Of a stretch of 64,000 bases of DNA, positions 37,954 through 47,821 are shown in pieces. The translations under genes were made by a program, and so were the position numbers. Positions within the stretch are counted from its first letter, which is position 1. Each line of letters opens with the position of its first letter. The stretch is from the IMG/VR virus record IMGVR_UViG_3300037307_000441, one strand, 5' to 3'. The stretch comes from a virus (taxonomy: Duplodnaviria; Heunggongvirae; Uroviricota; Caudoviricetes). The notes under the pieces are model-generated. The model had not been told where the DNA came from. It worked only from the letters and a program-made list of their open reading frames with translations, and made no database searches.

Positions 37954-37961
37954 TATCTTTG
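37954..37961 (+). promoter_or_regulatory. -7 promoter box TATCTTTG
   Basis: lies just after GGCT stop, 4 nt before ATG 37966. Confidence 0.4.
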
Positions 37962-37965
37962 CAAA

Positions 37966-38301
37966 ATGTTTAATAATGAAACATATAACAAATTTAATAC
38001 ACCTGAAATCGGGGATATCTTTATCTTTAAAAAAGTTAAAGGTCAGATAAAACCATGCAAATATCAAGGTAAAAGGTTCAAAATAAAAAAGATATCGAAA
38101 TATGGAGGTACTATTTATTATGACGACCTAAGAACTAATATTAAATGTAAATGTTCTAATTGTAGACCTATTATAACAAACTATAAAAAAAGTGAAAATA
38201 AACATATTGAAAGAGAAGTGCCTTTCTCACAAATAGAAATCGTAGAAAAAAGAGATCAATATCAAAGAAACCTTAAACTTAAATTATTGAATATAATTTA
38301 A
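37966..38301 (+). CDS. small Cys-containing protein
   Basis: track ORF 37933 starts upstream of the promoter box; ATG 37966 (MFNNETYNKF) preferred. Confidence 0.4.
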   Translation: MFNNETYNKFNTPEIGDIFIFKKVKGQIKPCKYQGKRFKIKKISKYGGTIYYDDLRTNIKCKCSNCRPIITNYKKSENKHIEREVPFSQIEIVEKRDQYQRNLKLKLLNII

Positions 38302-38313
38302 TATATACTTGTA

Positions 38314-39159
38314 ATGATAAAGACATTTGAAGAATATAAAGAAAAATTGTGGAAGCAAGTATCAATAGGTGAGTACCTATCTACACGAAAAGATAAAAAA
38401 GATTTAGATGATTACGACAAAGTGTTTAATCTAGTTGAAGATTATTTTGATCCCTATCAATATACGGGGGATGATAATGATATTGATATTCGAGGAAATA
38501 TTGTTAATGAATATAAATTCAATTATAGTAAAAGTGGTACAAAAAATGGATTATTTGTTTTTCTTAAAAAGAAAAAAGTAGACATAGAAATTAATGTTCT
38601 AAATGATGAATGGTATGCCACTACATACTCCGAATATGAAGATTATACCGATAACGAATATTATAAAACATTCTACTATATTTGTGATGGGTTTGATGGA
38701 TTAAAGGAATGGTTTGAATATCAATTTGGAGAATTGAATGAATCAGTAGAATACCATCCAAGTTATCATGAAATAACTTTAGAAGAATATCGTAGTTATT
38801 ATAGTGGTGGTTATAAATTTGAAAATATTACCGAAAAGGAACTATCATTAGTTAAATCATTTCTATCTGAAATCAATAGTAATGATGTTGCAATCATTGA
38901 AATGTATCCGATAGTTGATGAAATGAGAAATTGTATAAATATTTATAATGGCAATGTTAATAAAAAACAAAGAAGTAGAATTGATAATAGAGCAGTTAAT
39001 ATTGATAAATTAAAAGATGAGTGGTATATTCTTATAATAGAAGATGCTTGGCCAATACATGATATGAAAGATAGGGCATATAAATGTGATCAGATTGATG
39101 GGTTAATAGAATGTTTGAAAATTATATATAGTGAATTAAATAAGAGATTGGAACTATGA
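38314..39159 (+). CDS. hypothetical protein, MIKTFEEY / KCDQ-motif paralog family
   Basis: N-terminus MIKTFEEYKEK; C-terminus YKCDQIDGLIECLKIIY shared with ORFs 43186, 48625, 49491. Confidence 0.5.
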   Translation: MIKTFEEYKEKLWKQVSIGEYLSTRKDKKDLDDYDKVFNLVEDYFDPYQYTGDDNDIDIRGNIVNEYKFNYSKSGTKNGLFVFLKKKKVDIEINVLNDEWYATTYSEYEDYTDNEYYKTFYYICDGFDGLKEWFEYQFGELNESVEYHPSYHEITLEEYRSYYSGGYKFENITEKELSLVKSFLSEINSNDVAIIEMYPIVDEMRNCINIYNGNVNKKQRSRIDNRAVNIDKLKDEWYILIIEDAWPIHDMKDRAYKCDQIDGLIECLKIIYSELNKRLEL

Positions 39160-40028
39160 ATAAAATAAATGAAAAAATTAGTTGGAGTAATCTCCTATTA
39201 GCATTAGGAATAGGATACCTAAGTGTGGCTAAATGGAAAGATTATAAAACAATTAAGGGAATATATGATGTTGTAAATTCAAGTTCTTCTATACCAAATA
39301 AAAAAGAAAGTGAATATATTGAAAAAATTAGGTCCGAGGTAATCAGTAAAGTAAAGGAATCTAATCTATTTAAAAAATTCAATAAACAATATATAATTGA
39401 CTCTCTTTCTACTATACAATTTAAAGTGGTAGATTCAACTATAGTTTTTAGTAAAGACGCAAAAGCAAGTTATGTTTATATAAAGCCACTAAAGGGTCGA
39501 TATAAATATTTATTATCAAACGTGCCGGAGGGTGAAAATTTTATTATCATCAATAGAAAAGATATGAATAATTCCGATTATTCATCAACCATTGTACATG
39601 AAATCTATCACTATTTTGATAGATTAATAACTAATGATGATGAAAGATATTCTGAGGTGGTTGATATTTCAAAATACGTTGATAATAACGTCTCAAATGA
39701 AAGATATACTAAGAAAAAAATAATGCTATTAATGCTCTTTTCTAATACATCGGGTGAAATTGAAAATCAAATTGTAGATGGAATCTATGATAATTATATA
39801 TCAAATAAAAAATATTATAACTCAAACTCTGAATTATTTGCTAGATATAAGTCTCTAAAACATGATATGTTAAATAGTGATATCATTCAAAGTATAAATC
39901 AAACTCCGACTATTGAAAATTTAGCAGAGTATTTATTTAGTATTAATGGGTTGAAAAGACTTGAGCATCTATATGTTTTATTATCACTTGACATTACAAA
40001 ATTAAAAGAATTGGATAATCTATTATAA
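39156..40028 (+). CDS. hypothetical protein with HExxH motif (possible metallopeptidase)
   Basis: SSTIVHEIYHYFD. Confidence 0.45.
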   Translation: MNKINEKISWSNLLLALGIGYLSVAKWKDYKTIKGIYDVVNSSSSIPNKKESEYIEKIRSEVISKVKESNLFKKFNKQYIIDSLSTIQFKVVDSTIVFSKDAKASYVYIKPLKGRYKYLLSNVPEGENFIIINRKDMNNSDYSSTIVHEIYHYFDRLITNDDERYSEVVDISKYVDNNVSNERYTKKKIMLLMLFSNTSGEIENQIVDGIYDNYISNKKYYNSNSELFARYKSLKHDMLNSDIIQSINQTPTIENLAEYLFSINGLKRLEHLYVLLSLDITKLKELDNLL

Positions 40029-40033
40029 TTTTA

Positions 40034-40041
40034 TATCTTTG
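40034..40041 (+). promoter_or_regulatory. -7 promoter box TATCTTTG
   Basis: 15 nt upstream of ATG 40057. Confidence 0.4.
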
Positions 40042-40056
40042 TAAAAATTTTATTCG

Positions 40057-40644
40057 ATGTTATTTTTTTATATCTTATCAAGTATATCATTTATTGGTGT
40101 TATTTATTTATTTATTAAATACAATAAAAAAAATGATGTTGAAAAAGATCCACAAAAGGAATTTGAAGGCATTTATCTAAAACCGATACCAGCGAGAATC
40201 GAATCATCGGATGTTGATCCAAATTATGAATTACTTTTAGATGTTATTAATACTGCTAAAATAGAATCATGGAAATCAAAGATAGAGATTGATTTTTTTA
40301 TGAGTAGAGTCTATCAAGTAGAAATTGAAAGTCCAAATAAAGATATTAAAATCATTTGTAGAGTAAGAATGGAAGAAATGTATATTAAAAAAATTAAAAA
40401 AAGTATACCTATCATAACTGGATTTCATATTTTTGCTGGACCTAATAGTGGTGCTATTTCCTACAATAGTGAAGATGCCAAAACAATAACTTTAGACTTT
40501 GTATGGAATAATCATATTATACCTTACCATGAAAAAGAAAATTCAGAATCATTATCTATCTATACTGATTTAAAAAAAGATATCGAAAATAAATTAGTAT
40601 CTCTTAAACGAAAAAGAGGTCTTGATAAAATCTTTGAAGAATGA
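40057..40644 (+). CDS. hypothetical protein with N-terminal TM helix
   Basis: 195-aa ORF. Confidence 0.45.
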   Translation: MLFFYILSSISFIGVIYLFIKYNKKNDVEKDPQKEFEGIYLKPIPARIESSDVDPNYELLLDVINTAKIESWKSKIEIDFFMSRVYQVEIESPNKDIKIICRVRMEEMYIKKIKKSIPIITGFHIFAGPNSGAISYNSEDAKTITLDFVWNNHIIPYHEKENSESLSIYTDLKKDIENKLVSLKRKRGLDKIFEE

Positions 40645-40844
40645 AGAACATTATTTACATATTAATATTCTTCACTATAAGTTGTGTAATTGCATGGTTG
40701 ATTAATAACATATCTGGTTGGTTTTTTATTTTATGGTTAATGATGCTAGGTATGTCAAATTACAGATTAGAAAAAGAAGTCAAATACGAAGAAACAAAAG
40801 AAGGAATTAGAAATTACAAAATCAATAAAATATTCAAAAAATGA
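40641..40844 (+). CDS. small membrane protein
   Basis: two hydrophobic helices. Confidence 0.35.
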   Translation: MKNIIYILIFFTISCVIAWLINNISGWFFILWLMMLGMSNYRLEKEVKYEETKEGIRNYKINKIFKK

Positions 40845-41284
40845 AAATAAGTCTTTACGAAAATAATACACCAGATATAATCACAGAAGAACGCAGAGAG
40901 GTTATATTGAAGATTGTAGACGATATTCTAAAAATGATCTCACCTTATTACTCAAAAAATGAAATCACTTCTATGAAGATTGAACAATCAGATTTTCATA
41001 AATACAATGTGACCAATATGAGAATCACAATTGAAACAAAGTATAAAGAAACTGATGATGTTATTGAAGTATATAAAAGAAAGTTAAATCAGATACCTGA
41101 AACAACTGAAGGTCTTAATTATATTTCTATTTATAAGGAATCACTTAGTAATATGTTAATGGCCTCCTTAGTTCCTGAAAGAGACAGAGTTAAGGGGTTT
41201 ACAGAATTAATTTTTGATTATCATCTGAATGATGAAGAATTCAAATTGTGGAATGGCAAATTCAAAACATATATGGAAATATGA
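40841..41284 (+). CDS. hypothetical protein
   Basis: 147-aa ORF. Confidence 0.45.
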   Translation: MKISLYENNTPDIITEERREVILKIVDDILKMISPYYSKNEITSMKIEQSDFHKYNVTNMRITIETKYKETDDVIEVYKRKLNQIPETTEGLNYISIYKESLSNMLMASLVPERDRVKGFTELIFDYHLNDEEFKLWNGKFKTYMEI

Positions 41285-41619
41285 TAAATGTTTTTATAAA
41301 ATATAAATCTGATTATTATAGCAATACTCAAATACTTTGTGTACATGAGGATGTATCTGAGAAGTGTGATAAGTGTATGGGTGAATCCTACCAAGTTTGG
41401 AGAAAAGAGGTTTCAGAAGAAATAATTAATCATAATAGTGTTTTAATTAAATTTGATCCTATGCGTGAAAATATTCTATGCATACATTTCACACATGCAA
41501 TTTGTACAAATTGTAATTTAGGATGGAATGATGGTTATCGAGTGGCGGAATATGAACTCTTCTTTAATAAAAGTTTAAAAACTAAACGAGATTTAAAGAT
41601 TAGAGATATATTAACTTAG
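41281..41619 (+). CDS. Cys/His-rich small protein
   Basis: CVHEDVSEKCDKCMGE...CIHFTHAICTNCN; start moved to ATG 41281 (ATGA overlap) from track start 41248. Confidence 0.4.
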   Translation: MINVFIKYKSDYYSNTQILCVHEDVSEKCDKCMGESYQVWRKEVSEEIINHNSVLIKFDPMRENILCIHFTHAICTNCNLGWNDGYRVAEYELFFNKSLKTKRDLKIRDILT

Positions 41620-41642
41620 CCGCGTGTATATCTATATTATTA

Positions 41643-41682
41643 TCATGATGTTACATGAATTTTCATGATGTTATATGAATTT
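41643..41682. repeat. tandem direct repeat 2 x 20 bp (TCATGATGTTAYATGAATTT)
   Basis: two adjacent copies differing at one base, at the junction of convergent genes. Confidence 0.5.
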
Positions 41683-42187
41683 TAAATACGACTTTAATAG
41701 ATTCTTTATTTAATTCATTATTAAGTGAGTCTCTATTTGAATTTATATGTAAAATTTCAAAATTAATATTTGCCCTTTTAAATCTTCTTTCGATTTCTAA
41801 TAGTGATGATGATAAATCACTTAAACTATTATAAAATATAGTTGCGGATACTTCATTAACCGATCGTTTGAATTCTATCCGTATATCAGAATCTCCTTCT
41901 ATTAAATCCAAGAAATAGTCTTCCACGCTTTCCAATTTATCAGCTTCTTTCTTTTTCTTTTCATAGAAATTTAATAACCTTCTCATTTCATCATACCCGA
42001 TTGTATAATCAGGATTATCTCCATACATTTTTTCAATAAACGGAATTGTATATTTAATTTCAGTATATCCAAATTTGCCTAAAAAATTAATAATATCAAG
42101 ATATTTTTCTTTGGTTATACCAAATCCATCTAATACATCAAGTGTTCTTTTATCAAAAGACTCATTTAATCTTTTTAAATATTTCAT
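41663..42187 (-). CDS. hypothetical protein, MKYLK N-terminal family
   Basis: MKYLKRLNESFDKRTL. Confidence 0.5.
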   Translation of the reverse strand: MKYLKRLNESFDKRTLDVLDGFGITKEKYLDIINFLGKFGYTEIKYTIPFIEKMYGDNPDYTIGYDEMRRLLNFYEKKKKEADKLESVEDYFLDLIEGDSDIRIEFKRSVNEVSATIFYNSLSDLSSSLLEIERRFKRANINFEILHINSNRDSLNNELNKESIKVVFKIHITS

Positions 42188-42193
42188 TTCATT

Positions 42194-42610
42194 TTAATTT
42201 TTTTCGCATTTAGACCATGCAATCCATCCAAATAATCTAACGAAAAGGTATCTTAAATAATTGTCTAATTTATTATCACAAATGATATTAGTCCATAATA
42301 ACATCTCTTTATCTACCTCTTTTCTCGTCATCCCATGTTGTTTATGTGTATCATATAATTTATCGTGAAGTAAATATCCAAATAAACCATCATTGGCGGG
42401 TGGAACGATGCCCCATAAAACTTGTGGAGATGAAGACATATCATAGTTATATCCTCTTTCTATTTTAATAGTTATATCTTTAGAAATTAATTTAATTTCA
42501 AGTGGTCTTAATATTTTCCAAAACTTGGAAGATTTATAAGAATAGATGTATGACTGTTGTATCAATTCATCAGTTGCTAATTCTTGTATAATATTATCTT
42601 TTGTTATCAT
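42194..42610 (-). CDS. hypothetical protein
   Basis: 138-aa ORF. Confidence 0.45.
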   Translation of the reverse strand: MITKDNIIQELATDELIQQSYIYSYKSSKFWKILRPLEIKLISKDITIKIERGYNYDMSSSPQVLWGIVPPANDGLFGYLLHDKLYDTHKQHGMTRKEVDKEMLLWTNIICDNKLDNYLRYLFVRLFGWIAWSKCEKN

Positions 42611-42619
42611 ATTTATTAA

Positions 42620-43081
42620 TTATTTTTCTAAAAAATCTATTCGAAACCAATCCGATTCCGATACTAATGTAATTGCTATATTATATTTGTGTGATAATTT
42701 ATTTTTTACTGAATCTATATAACTCATGACTTTTAAAAATAAATCAGCATCCTCTCCATAGTATGATGAAGATGACGATTGACTAAATGGTGAATAGCCT
42801 TTTAATTTGATTGAAAATAAAAATCTTAAAACAATTTTAGAATTTATTGAAATTAATTGATTAAGTACTTCCTTATTACCTTCTATCTTACCACTTTTAG
42901 TATCAAGATAGCAACCATAAGATATATTTCCATTGGAACTTCTAAATCCTGCTTGATAGGCAAAATCGGATATATTTGAATTCATATCATCATGTATATC
43001 TACAAATGCATCATACATCAAAAATAAATCATCTTCCCATCCACGAACATTATTACCAAAAGATTCAAATTTCTTTATCAT
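42620..43081 (-). CDS. hypothetical protein (MIKKFESF N-terminus)
   Basis: 153-aa ORF. Confidence 0.45.
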   Translation of the reverse strand: MIKKFESFGNNVRGWEDDLFLMYDAFVDIHDDMNSNISDFAYQAGFRSSNGNISYGCYLDTKSGKIEGNKEVLNQLISINSKIVLRFLFSIKLKGYSPFSQSSSSSYYGEDADLFLKVMSYIDSVKNKLSHKYNIAITLVSESDWFRIDFLEK

Positions 43082-43185
43082 ACAGTTATATATTATTTTT
43101 TATATATAAGATATGATTTATCTAAGAGAGTATAAATGAATATAAATATTATAAAATAATAACTTCTAGTGAATTTTATAATGAG

Positions 43186-43524
43186 TTGGTAGAAACAGAT
43201 AATATCACAAAATATTACAATAAAATATTTCGGTGGTTATTAGATAATAAAGGGAGATTTAAAGTAGAAGTTGAAAAAATTGTAACAATTAAATCAGAAG
43301 AATTCTTACGAATTGAACTTAAAAATGTTTTTTGGGTAAGAATTTTAATAGGAATAGATAAAGAGGAGTGGGTTTATGTAAAAATAGAAGATGAAATAGC
43401 AATAGAAGATGATGGTCCAATCGATTATTACAAGTGTGATCAATTAGAAGGATTTTTTCAATTAATAAAAGATAAATTTTTTTTGTTAGTGTCAATATTT
43501 CGCAATAACTTTGTGTCAAAATAA
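43186..43524 (+). CDS. KCDQ-motif family member lacking any Met (TTG start); possible decayed paralog
   Basis: C-terminal YYKCDQLEGFFQLIKDKF family motif; translation contains no methionine; only TTG/GTG starts available. Confidence 0.3.
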   Translation: MVETDNITKYYNKIFRWLLDNKGRFKVEVEKIVTIKSEEFLRIELKNVFWVRILIGIDKEEWVYVKIEDEIAIEDDGPIDYYKCDQLEGFFQLIKDKFFLLVSIFRNNFVSK

Positions 43525-43533
43525 ACACAAATT

Positions 43534-44355
43534 ATGAAAAGAACCATCGTATTCGCAGGACTCGTGATGTCCCTTATCACAATGACAAGTTGCCACAGTG
43601 TCGCTCCTAATGGTGACCAAGAAGCAGTATTAGTAATGAAACCTTGGATTTTTGGACACGGAGGTGTTCACAAAGATGCGGTTTCATCTGGACGAGCATG
43701 GTTGGCTCTATCAACCGATTATGTGAAATTCACAATCACACCAACAACCTACACTGAAAGTTTTGATGATATGATGACTGATGACAACACACCCGTTGAC
43801 TTCGCGGCTTATCTGAAACTACAAATCAAAAAAGGTGAGACACCTGTTCTCCTAGAAAAATTTGGTGAAAAATGGTATGAGAACTCAGTAGCTCCTACTT
43901 TCCGAACTATGGTTCGTGACAAAGCCTCTATGTTTAAAATGTTTTCTCTTACTAGCGACCGTGAAGTTCTTGCTAGTATTCAAAAAGAAGTAAAAGATAA
44001 AATCACTGACTATTGTAATAAGATTGGTCTTCCTGTAACTGTCATGGAAGTTACTATTGGTAAAGTAACACCTCCAGAAGAAGTTCTAGAAGAAACACGT
44101 CGAACTGCCGCACAAAACCAAAGCAAATTGACACAAGACGCTCGTGCTGCCGCTGAAATATCACGTAAACAAGCTGAAATTAATAAGGCTATAGCGGATA
44201 AGGCATATCAAACGCAAATGAATATGACTACATTTGAGTACCTTGAACTTCGTAAACTTGAAATTGAGAAAGAAAAAGTTGAATTGGTTCGTGATAAACA
44301 AAATGTCACAATCGTAATGGGCCAAGGTCTACAACCAACTATTCCAATTAAATAA
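43534..44355 (+). CDS. SPFH/band-7 family lipoprotein
   Basis: lipobox LITMTSC; central region with the SPFH pattern and a C-terminal coiled AQNQSKLTQDARAAAEISRKQAEINKA; GC-richer. Confidence 0.65.
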   Translation: MKRTIVFAGLVMSLITMTSCHSVAPNGDQEAVLVMKPWIFGHGGVHKDAVSSGRAWLALSTDYVKFTITPTTYTESFDDMMTDDNTPVDFAAYLKLQIKKGETPVLLEKFGEKWYENSVAPTFRTMVRDKASMFKMFSLTSDREVLASIQKEVKDKITDYCNKIGLPVTVMEVTIGKVTPPEEVLEETRRTAAQNQSKLTQDARAAAEISRKQAEINKAIADKAYQTQMNMTTFEYLELRKLEIEKEKVELVRDKQNVTIVMGQGLQPTIPIK

Positions 44356-44376
44356 TAAAGTCTTTAAGGAAAAATA

Positions 44377-44403
44377 AAAAGGGGGAAGAAATTCCCCCTT
44401 TTA
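44377..44403. terminator. bidirectional rho-independent terminator
   Basis: AAAAGGGGGAA-GAA-ATTCCCCCTTTT between convergent genes. Confidence 0.6.
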
Positions 44404-45147
44404 TATTAATTTTTTAAAATTTTCTATTTCTGTTCTGAAATCTTTTAGATTAATTGCTTCATAAGTTATTCCCAATTCTGGACTTTCACTTTTAACTAAA
44501 GTAACAAAATCATGATATTTTTGATAGTCAAGTGGTATCATACCCACCTCTGATAAATGTATATGTGATATAAAGGATTTATACTTTAAAAAAGAATCAT
44601 TAAGTGGCTCTTCTTCGACAAATAAGTTATGAGTATCTATCATAGTTCGAATATTATTATATTGATTTACAAAATCAACAATCTCTTTCATCTTAATAAA
44701 AAACTCTCCTTTATAAATTCTACAATTAGGCTCTATACATATTGTAATACCCTTTCCTTGCAAATACGGGTCTAAATAATCGAAAATCTTTCTCAAAGAG
44801 TATTGTGTATCAGGATTATTTTTACGAAGACCAGGAGACCCAAAAACCAATATTTTAACACCCAAAATTTCTGAGTATTCAATTAACTTTTTGAAATGTT
44901 CTATAACCTTATCTACTTCATTTAAACTTTTTATGTCAGTCCCATAGAATAATGATTGCATTGAATAAACATCAATCCCAAATTGATTTATCTTATCCTT
45001 ATAAGATATAATTGTCTTATTATTTAAATTATCCCACGAATCTATTTTAGTAGGAGCACATTCTATTTTAGAAATGCCCAACTCATTTAAAATACTGAGT
45101 GCTTCATTTTCATTACTCCAAGTTAAATTACTTATTATGATATTCAT
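44401..45147 (-). CDS. sugar-phosphate isomerase/epimerase (xylose-isomerase-like TIM barrel)
   Basis: 248 aa; GISKIECAP..., ILVFGSPG, TMIDTHN, consistent with AP-endonuclease-2/xylose-isomerase-like TIM fold. Confidence 0.5.
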   Translation of the reverse strand: MNIIISNLTWSNENEALSILNELGISKIECAPTKIDSWDNLNNKTIISYKDKINQFGIDVYSMQSLFYGTDIKSLNEVDKVIEHFKKLIEYSEILGVKILVFGSPGLRKNNPDTQYSLRKIFDYLDPYLQGKGITICIEPNCRIYKGEFFIKMKEIVDFVNQYNNIRTMIDTHNLFVEEEPLNDSFLKYKSFISHIHLSEVGMIPLDYQKYHDFVTLVKSESPELGITYEAINLKDFRTEIENFKKLI

Positions 45148-45886
45148 AGATTAATTTTTTTATTTCTTCTAAAACAGATTCCTTTGATTGTATATAACCA
45201 TTTTCTGTTAATTTAGTTTTATAGTTATAAGAAAAACGATTACCAAAAAAGCCAACTTCAAAATCAAATAGTTTAGCAATTTCAATAGTTTCTAAAGGCT
45301 CAGTGAATAAATTATATACCTTTTGATTTGTATATTTATCAGAATAGAATTTTATATCTTTAGATAGGTTATCTAAATTATACCATTGATAAGATGAATT
45401 TAGATTAATTTTCTCAACATTATTTAGATTCAATAAATCATAAATAACATTCTTTTTTATATGTCGATTAAATAATCCCGGCAATCGGAATATTTTTAAA
45501 TCTTCATATTTTAATAAATCACTTACTAACAATTCAAATAAATATCTATTCGTTCCGTAATGTAACTTAGAAAAATTAATCGGATAGTCCTCATTTACCT
45601 CATTTGGAGAATCTAAATAAATATCAATCGTAGATATTAGTGTTATTTTAGAGTAATCTCGTTGTTTAAGAATGTTGATAATATTAAATAGATTTTCAAC
45701 ATCTTTTTTAATATCTTGATTTATTAGCCATTTCGTCGATGGAAGACAAGATAAAAATAATTCATCACCACCATGTGATATATCAGGTAGTTGATGAATA
45801 TTTTTTGAATTAAATTCGTAGTCAAATTTTTCTTTTTCTAAAATTGTTTTTCCTACTAACCCAGTGTTACCAATTATTAATTTCAT
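45128..45886 (-). CDS. NAD-dependent epimerase/dehydratase-like protein (RmlD-like size)
   Basis: N-terminal MKLIIGNTGLVGKTIL Rossmann GxxGxxG; 252 aa. Confidence 0.45.
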   Translation of the reverse strand: MKLIIGNTGLVGKTILEKEKFDYEFNSKNIHQLPDISHGGDELFLSCLPSTKWLINQDIKKDVENLFNIINILKQRDYSKITLISTIDIYLDSPNEVNEDYPINFSKLHYGTNRYLFELLVSDLLKYEDLKIFRLPGLFNRHIKKNVIYDLLNLNNVEKINLNSSYQWYNLDNLSKDIKFYSDKYTNQKVYNLFTEPLETIEIAKLFDFEVGFFGNRFSYNYKTKLTENGYIQSKESVLEEIKKLIYEYHNK

Positions 45887-46850
45887 TTCTAATGTAATTT
45901 TCTATTATATAAATTCCTTGTATTTTTCCAGTGAAGCCATTTATGATATTACCATCTCTTTTAAATAAAGGATATCTGCTATCAGATTCGGATATTATTT
46001 TTGATTTAGTAGATAGAAAATATCCACTATATTCAAAATAGGTATTAAATTCAGGAAAAAATTTTTTTATTTTTTCTTCCATTAAATTTCTTTTATTAGG
46101 AATTATTTTCTCAATTTCTCCACTCTCTTTATAGGTGTCCATATTTTCTGAATTATTAAAAATTTTTATTGGGGTATGCTCAACATCGGTTAGTGTAAAT
46201 AATTCATTTTTGTAAGGAAAAAGAGAAAACAATTGACCATCTACAAATGTTAAAGATCCAAAATCTGTTTCTTTTACCTTATTGTAAATTAAAGATATTG
46301 TTAACTCATAAAAATAATTATCAAATGGATTAAGATGATTATTAGTGGCATTAATTACCAAATCATATTTTTTAGACAAATCTTTTAGATCATTGATCTT
46401 TTCAAATACAATATTATTAGATAATTTTTGCCAAAAAAAGTCATGTGCTTTTTCAAAATCAATATATCTCTCTCCAACAGATATACTACCTTCAACATTA
46501 TTTAATAAATTAGATGTGGTTATTAGATATTCATAATTTCTAAATATGTCAATATAAGTTTCATAATCGATTAAAGAATCTGACTTTGGAATACAATATA
46601 GTCCATTCTTGATATCAGAAGTTAAAAATCCATAATCATTTAAAAATAAACCAAACGTCTCCCGACACAAGTTTCTAGTTTTTGAATTTCTGGCATAGTG
46701 AAATCCTAAGTGTAATCTGTTTTGGTTGTTATAAGAAGTTTCTTTAAAGATATCACTATTCTTCTCATATACAACTATATCGTGTTGTTCTTTTAACTTA
46801 TGTGCTAAATGACATCCAACCCATCCTGATCCTACTATTGCAATTTTCAT
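45867..46850 (-). CDS. FAD/NAD(P)-binding Rossmann-fold oxidoreductase
   Basis: N-terminal MKIAIVGSGWVGCHLAHKL...VVYEKN dinucleotide-binding motif. Confidence 0.5.
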   Translation of the reverse strand: MKIAIVGSGWVGCHLAHKLKEQHDIVVYEKNSDIFKETSYNNQNRLHLGFHYARNSKTRNLCRETFGLFLNDYGFLTSDIKNGLYCIPKSDSLIDYETYIDIFRNYEYLITTSNLLNNVEGSISVGERYIDFEKAHDFFWQKLSNNIVFEKINDLKDLSKKYDLVINATNNHLNPFDNYFYELTISLIYNKVKETDFGSLTFVDGQLFSLFPYKNELFTLTDVEHTPIKIFNNSENMDTYKESGEIEKIIPNKRNLMEEKIKKFFPEFNTYFEYSGYFLSTKSKIISESDSRYPLFKRDGNIINGFTGKIQGIYIIENYIRNEINNW

Positions 46851-46902
46851 AATTTAATATTATATGCTATAAACTATTTATAGTTTTTATAATATTATCT
46901 AC

Positions 46903-47775
46903 ATGACAATAGTTAATTTGATAGAAGTTATACATGGTAGAGGTTATAAACCATTAGATTTAAATGAAAAAGAAAAAAATAATATGCATGGTCTATGCAA
47001 TCAATTATTTCAAATAATCAATCGAATGGCTATATCAGAGTATGATAAACCTTTTATTGATATGATATATGATACTTATATTGGACCATTTTCATTAGAC
47101 ATAAATGAAGGTGATTTAATATTACCATCTGAGATTTTAGATTTAGAAGAAATGAATAAATATGGATATCATTTTAAAGATGTTAAAGATTTTACCCCAT
47201 TTGAAAATTTTGTAAAATTTTATAGTTTTGATTCCCCACTTATTGAGTATTTTAAAGCTCCACATATTTTTGCAGATAAATGTAAACACATCGTTTTTAG
47301 CAAAAAGTTTGATAATATCGTAAAAGAAATAATTAAAGAAAAAGGTTTAGATAACCGCCAAGTAAATTTAGCACATTTAAAAATAGAGCCAATAGCAAAG
47401 GAATGGTGTATTCAGAATAATTGCTTAAATCTTTTCGAAGAATCATTAGTTAAATATAAAGATGCAATTTATTCATTAGATAAAGAAATACCACTTTGTT
47501 TATTGGTAGAAGAAAAAAATCATCCTTTAGTGTCAGAAATATCTAAAGATTATAACACTTATTTTATTGATAAAGAATTAGACCTTTATCCGAGATTAGA
47601 AGAAAAGTATGTTAATAAAAGTGACATACGGGCTTTATCTGATATTTTGTTTGCTAAAAATTTAAATGTAAAAACATTCATCGGTAAATATGAAAATAGT
47701 AGTGTTTATGGTGTAAGTACATTTAGTCTATTTCTACATTTTTATTTAAACCACGAAAATTCAATATCGGTATAA
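46903..47775 (+). CDS. hypothetical protein
   Basis: 290-aa ORF. Confidence 0.45.
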   Translation: MTIVNLIEVIHGRGYKPLDLNEKEKNNMHGLCNQLFQIINRMAISEYDKPFIDMIYDTYIGPFSLDINEGDLILPSEILDLEEMNKYGYHFKDVKDFTPFENFVKFYSFDSPLIEYFKAPHIFADKCKHIVFSKKFDNIVKEIIKEKGLDNRQVNLAHLKIEPIAKEWCIQNNCLNLFEESLVKYKDAIYSLDKEIPLCLLVEEKNHPLVSEISKDYNTYFIDKELDLYPRLEEKYVNKSDIRALSDILFAKNLNVKTFIGKYENSSVYGVSTFSLFLHFYLNHENSISV

Positions 47776-47796
47776 TTTTTTGTTTCAAAAAAATTG

Positions 47797-47804
47797 TATA
47801 TTTG
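47797..47804 (+). promoter_or_regulatory. -7 promoter box TATATTTG
   Basis: 18 nt upstream of ATG 47822. Confidence 0.3.
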
Positions 47805-47821
47805 TGGTAAAATCATTCATT

